This document shows, one piece after another, positions 60,201 to 64,000 of a stretch of 64,000 nucleotides of DNA. The notes under the pieces are model-generated. The model saw nothing but the letters and a program-made list of their open reading frames with translations. It had not been told where the DNA came from and did not search any database. Source of the DNA: Planctomycetota bacterium. GTDB taxonomy: Bacteria > Planctomycetota > UBA11346. Numbering within the stretch: the first letter of the stretch is position 1; the number at the start of each line of letters is the position of its first letter. The position numbers were made by a program, and so were the translations under genes. Location: positions 59,683 to 123,682 of the forward strand of contig JBBRLJ010000009.1 of the NCBI GenBank assembly GCA_038231435.1, written 5' to 3'.

Positions 60201-63200
60201 CAGCGCTTCGCCTCGCGTCCAGCCGACTGGTACAGCCAGACGCAGAGCAGCGACAGCAGCTTCTCCGAATCGACCGGTTTAGCGACGTAATCCGATGCAC
60301 CAGCATCGATGCACTTCTCACGGTCGCCCTTCATCGCCTTCGCTGTCAGGGCGATGATCGGCAGCGAGCGGAACTTCGGATTCAAGCGGATGGCGCGCAT
60401 GGTGTCGTAGCCATCCATCTCAGGCATCATGATGTCCATCAGCGTCACGTCGATGTCCGGAGTCGTCTCCAGCACCGAGATCGCATCCTTGCCGTTCTCG
60501 GCCGACAACACATCCATGTGGTAGCGCTCGAGCAGGCTGGTCATCGCGAAGATGTTGCGAATGTCATCGTCGACAACCAGCACCTTCTTGCCTTTGAGGA
60601 CAACTTCGGGCTGGTGCAGCTTCTCGATCATGCGCTGCTTATCCTCCGACATCTTGCCCTTGGGGCGATGCAGGCACAGCGAAGCCTCGTCGAGCAGGCG
60701 CTCCGGGGCGCGGAAATCCTTGACGATGATCGATCGCGCGACGCGACGTAGCTGGGTGTCCTCCTTCTTGGTGAGATCGCGTCCGGTATAGACGATGATC
60801 GGCAAGGATTTATTGGAGGACGCCTTCTTCGCCTTCTCGATCAGCTGGATGCCGTTGATGTCCGGCAGGCCGAGATCCACGACCATGCAGTCGAAGCGCT
60901 CGTCCTTGAGGATCGCCAACGCCTCCTTGCCACTTCCCACCGCCACGGTGTGGACGCCGCCATCGCCGATCAGCTCGACGATCGAATTGCGTTGGATCTC
61001 ATCGTCCTCGACCACCAACAGGCTGCGAGTGGTGCGCTCTGAGAACAGCCGGATGTCAGAGAACACCTCGTCCAGCTGTTCCTTGCTCACCGGCTTCGAC
61101 AGCAGCGCGAGCGCGCCCTGGCGGAAGGCGCGTTCGGAATTGTCGTCGTTCGAGATGATGTGCACCGGGATGTGGCGGGTGTTGAGATCGCTCTTGAGAT
61201 TGTCGAGCACTCTCCAGCCATCGATGTCCGGCAGCTTGATGTCCAGCATCACCGCGGTCGGATTGAACTCGCGGGCCAGCGCCACGGCGGCGCCCCCCTT
61301 CGAGGTAACCAGGGCCTTGAAGCCCTTCTCGTGCGCCATCTCGAGCAGGAACTTCGAGAAGGCGACATCGTTGTCTACGATCAGCAGGACGCGGTCCCCC
61401 TTCTTCAGGTTCGCACGATCGTCGCTGAGCTCGTTGGGCAGCTCCGACACCTCGGGGACGCGCTCGGCGATCTCCATCGAGATCGTCTCCTCGGCAGCCG
61501 GCTGGGCCGGCTTGACCGGCCCAGCCGCAGCCAGGGAATCCGCCTGTTTGCGCAGGCCCTTCGGCGGGGTGTAGATGCGCGGTAGGTACAGCGTGAAGAT
61601 GCTGCCCTTGCCCGGTGTCGAATCGAGGCGGATCTCGCCGCCGAGCATGCGTGAGATCTCGCGGCTGATGGCGAGGCCGAGACCAGTGCCGCCGTACTTG
61701 CGGCTGGTAGAACCGTCGGCCTGCTGAAAGGCCTCGAAGATGATCTGCTGCTTGTCGACCGGAATGCCGATGCCGGTATCGGTGACCGACAGCGCCAACA
61801 CCCCGCCCTTGGCGCGGTTGAGGTTGTCGTTGTCGTGGTTCCAGCCGTCGGCGACCATGGATACCTTGACCTCGACTTTGCCCTCCTCGGTGAACTTGAA
61901 GGCATTCGACAGCAGGTTCTTGATGACCTGCTGCAGGCGTTTGGCGTCGGTATACATCGACTTGGGCAGGTTCTCGTCGATCACGAAGGCGAACTGCAGG
62001 CCGCGCGACTCCGCCACGTGGCGGAAGGTACGCTCGACATAGTCCTGCATCTCGGCGAATCCGAGATCGCCCGCCTCGACCGTCACCGTGCCGGATTCGA
62101 TCTTGGACAGGTCGAGGATGTCGTTGATGAGCGACAGCAGGTCGTTGCCGGAAGCATGGATGGTGCGCGAGTATTCGACCTGCTTGACGGTGAGGTTGCC
62201 CTCGTGGTTGCGCGACAGCTGATCCGAGAGGATCAGCAGCGAATTCAGCGGCGTGCGCAGCTCGTGCGACATGTTCGCGAGGAATTCGGACTTGTACTTC
62301 GAGGTCAGCGCGAGCTGCTTGGCCTTCTCTTCGAGGGCCGAGCGCGCCTGCTCCACTTCCTGGTTCTTGCGCTCGACCTCGACGTTCTGGTCGGCGAGGA
62401 GCTTGGCTTTCACCTGCAGCTCGTGGTTGGTCTTCTGCAGCTCTTCCTGCTGCGACTGGAGCTCGCGCGCCAGCGACTGCGACTGCTTGAGCAGGTCCTC
62501 GGTGCGGGTGTTGGCCTCGATGGTATTGAGCACGATGCCGATGGATTCGGCGAGCTGGTCGAGGAACACCTCGTGCGTGGGGCTGAAGCGCGCAAACGAG
62601 GCGAGCTCGACCACGCCCTTCACCTGGCCCTCGAAGAGCACCGGCAGCACCATGATGTTGTGCGGCTTGGCGTCGCCGAGGCCGGACGAGATCTTGATGT
62701 AGTCACCGGGGATGTCGTTGACGAGGATCTTCTGGCCTTCGATCGCGCACTGGCCGACCAGGCCCTCGCCGAGCTTGAGCTCGATGTTGCGCTCATCGGA
62801 GAACGCGTAGCTGGCCAGGAGCTTCAGGTGCGGGACGTCCTTGGGCACGCCCTGCTCGTCCTTTGGAGCATCCAAGGTGTAGAACACCGCTTGCTGCGCC
62901 GACACCACCGGAGCGAGCTCGGAAAGGATGAGCTTGCCGACCGTGAGCATGTCCTTCTGGCCCTGGAGCATGCGCGAGAACTTCGCCAGGTTGGTCTTCA
63001 ACCAGTCCTGCTCGTTGTTCTTGATCGTGGTGTCCTTGAGATTGCGGATCATCTCGTTGATGTTGTCCTTCAGCGCCGCCACCTCGCCCTGCGCCGCCAC
63101 CGCGATCGAACGCGTGAGGTCGCCCTTGGTCACGGCGGTCGCCACGTCGGCGATCGCACGCACCTGGGTGGTGAGGTTCGCTGCTAGCTGATTGACGTTA

Positions 63201-64000
63201 TCGGTCAGGTCCTTCCAGGTACCGGCCGCGCCGGGCACCGAGGCTTGGCCGCCGAGCTTGCCTTCGACGCCCACCTCGCGAGCGACCGTGGTCACCTGGT
63301 CGGCAAAGGTCGCGAGCGTATCGGTCATGTTGTTGATGGTGTCCGCCAGCTCGGCGATCTCGCCCTTGGCCTCGACGGTCAGCTTGCGCTTGAGGTCGCC
63401 ATTGGCGACCGCAGTCACCACCTTGGCGATGCCGCGCACTTGCGAGGTCAGGTTGCCGGCCATGAAGTTCACGTTGTCGGTGAGGTCCTTCCAGGTGCCG
63501 GCCACGCCCTGCACGTCGGCTTGGCCTCCCAGACGCCCTTCGGTGCCGACCTCGCGCGCGACGCGCGTCACTTCCGACGCGAACGAGCGCAGCTGCTCGA
63601 CCATGGTGTTCATGGTGTCCTTCAGCTGCAGGATCTCGCCCTTCACGTCGACGGTGATCTTCTTCGACAAGTCGCCGCCGGCGATGGCGGTCGCGACCTC
63701 GGCGATGTTGCGCACCTGCGAGGTGAGATTGCCAGCCATCGAGTTGACGTTGTCGGTCAGGTCCTTCCAGGTGCCGGACACGCCCTTCACCACCGCCTGG
63801 CCGCCGAGCTTGCCTTCCGTGCCCACTTCGCGGGCTACGCGGGTCACTTCGGCTGCGAACGAGCGAAGCTGATCGACCATCGTGTTGATGGTGTTCTTCA
63901 GCTCGAGGATCTCGCCCTTCACGTCGACGGTGATCTTCATCGACAGGTCGCCCGCGGCGACCGCCTTGGTCACCTCGGCGATGTTGCGCACCTGGCTGGT
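60200..64000 (-). CDS. Poly-HAMP hybrid histidine kinase (HAMPn-GAF-HisKA-HATPase-3xREC); 5' end beyond window
   Basis: 92-aa repeats 'GDL..KITV...GE...[27 protein letters not shown]', '[14 protein letters not shown]', three receiver domains. Confidence 0.95.
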   Translation of the reverse strand, partial: TSQVRNIAEVTKAVAAGDLSMKITVDVKGEILELKNTINTMVDQLRSFAAEVTRVAREVGTEGKLGGQAVVKGVSGTWKDLTDNVNSMAGNLTSQVRNIAEVATAIAGGDLSKKITVDVKGEILQLKDTMNTMVEQLRSFASEVTRVAREVGTEGRLGGQADVQGVAGTWKDLTDNVNFMAGNLTSQVRGIAKVVTAVANGDLKRKLTVEAKGEIAELADTINNMTDTLATFADQVTTVAREVGVEGKLGGQASVPGAAGTWKDLTDNVNQLAANLTTQVRAIADVATAVTKGDLTRSIAVAAQGEVAALKDNINEMIRNLKDTTIKNNEQDWLKTNLAKFSRMLQGQKDMLTVGKLILSELAPVVSAQQAVFYTLDAPKDEQGVPKDVPHLKLLASYAFSDERNIELKLGEGLVGQCAIEGQKILVNDIPGDYIKISSGLGDAKPHNIMVLPVLFEGQVKGVVELASFARFSPTHEVFLDQLAESIGIVLNTIEANTRTEDLLKQSQSLARELQSQQEELQKTNHELQVKAKLLADQNVEVERKNQEVEQARSALEEKAKQLALTSKYKSEFLANMSHELRTPLNSLLILSDQLSRNHEGNLTVKQVEYSRTIHASGNDLLSLINDILDLSKIESGTVTVEAGDLGFAEMQDYVERTFRHVAESRGLQFAFVIDENLPKSMYTDAKRLQQVIKNLLSNAFKFTEEGKVEVKVSMVADGWNHDNDNLNRAKGGVLALSVTDTGIGIPVDKQQIIFEAFQQADGSTSRKYGGTGLGLAISREISRMLGGEIRLDSTPGKGSIFTLYLPRIYTPPKGLRKQADSLAAAGPVKPAQPAAEETISMEIAERVPEVSELPNELSDDRANLKKGDRVLLIVDNDVAFSKFLLEMAHEKGFKALVTSKGGAAVALAREFNPTAVMLDIKLPDIDGWRVLDNLKSDLNTRHIPVHIISNDDNSERAFRQGALALLSKPVSKEQLDEVFSDIRLFSERTTRSLLVVEDDEIQRNSIVELIGDGGVHTVAVGSGKEALAILKDERFDCMVVDLGLPDINGIQLIEKAKKASSNKSLPIIVYTGRDLTKKEDTQLRRVARSIIVKDFRAPERLLDEASLCLHRPKGKMSEDKQRMIEKLHQPEVVLKGKKVLVVDDDIRNIFAMTSLLERYHMDVLSAENGKDAISVLETTPDIDVTLMDIMMPEMDGYDTMRAIRLNPKFRSLPIIALTAKAMKGDREKCIDAGASDYVAKPVDSEKLLSLLCVWLYQSAGREAKR

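Noticed and set aside
63050..64000. 276-bp periodic DNA repeats
   Set aside because: Fully explained by the coding HAMP repeats of the kinase.

Overview
High-GC bacterial chromosomal window, mostly housekeeping genes. A PVC/Planctomycetota-like origin is my inference from the gene repertoire, not something I can verify. Core genes are purL, a phosphomannomutase, ilvC, a half-glmU, tilS, a sirtuin, citrate synthase, gltBD, leuCD, ssb, folE and tRNA-Leu(TAG). Signalling genes include three histidine kinases, an HD-GYP protein, a Ser/Thr kinase and an FHA/anti-sigma fusion. The most notable observations are: (1) a family of structured ~150-190 bp elements in five copies, each locus starting right after a stop codon in sense orientation, whose hairpins differ in sequence but keep their pairing; (2) a type III PKS + UbiE-like + UbiG-like + flavoprotein cluster that could make a polyketide-derived ubiquinone-like molecule; (3) a five-gene cassette of unusually large prepilin-like proteins after the tRNA; (4) an archaeal-type NrpR regulator ahead of gltBD, with a 16-bp palindrome shaped like the NrpR operator; (5) a second REP-like family with a C(UACG)G loop that builds a ~350-bp foldback and flanks folE; (6) an SDR-gluconokinase-LarA sugar-acid operon and a CNNM/CBS-PTS EIIA fusion. 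No CRISPR array, transposase or integrase was seen. All calls come from reading motifs by eye; no database searches were run.
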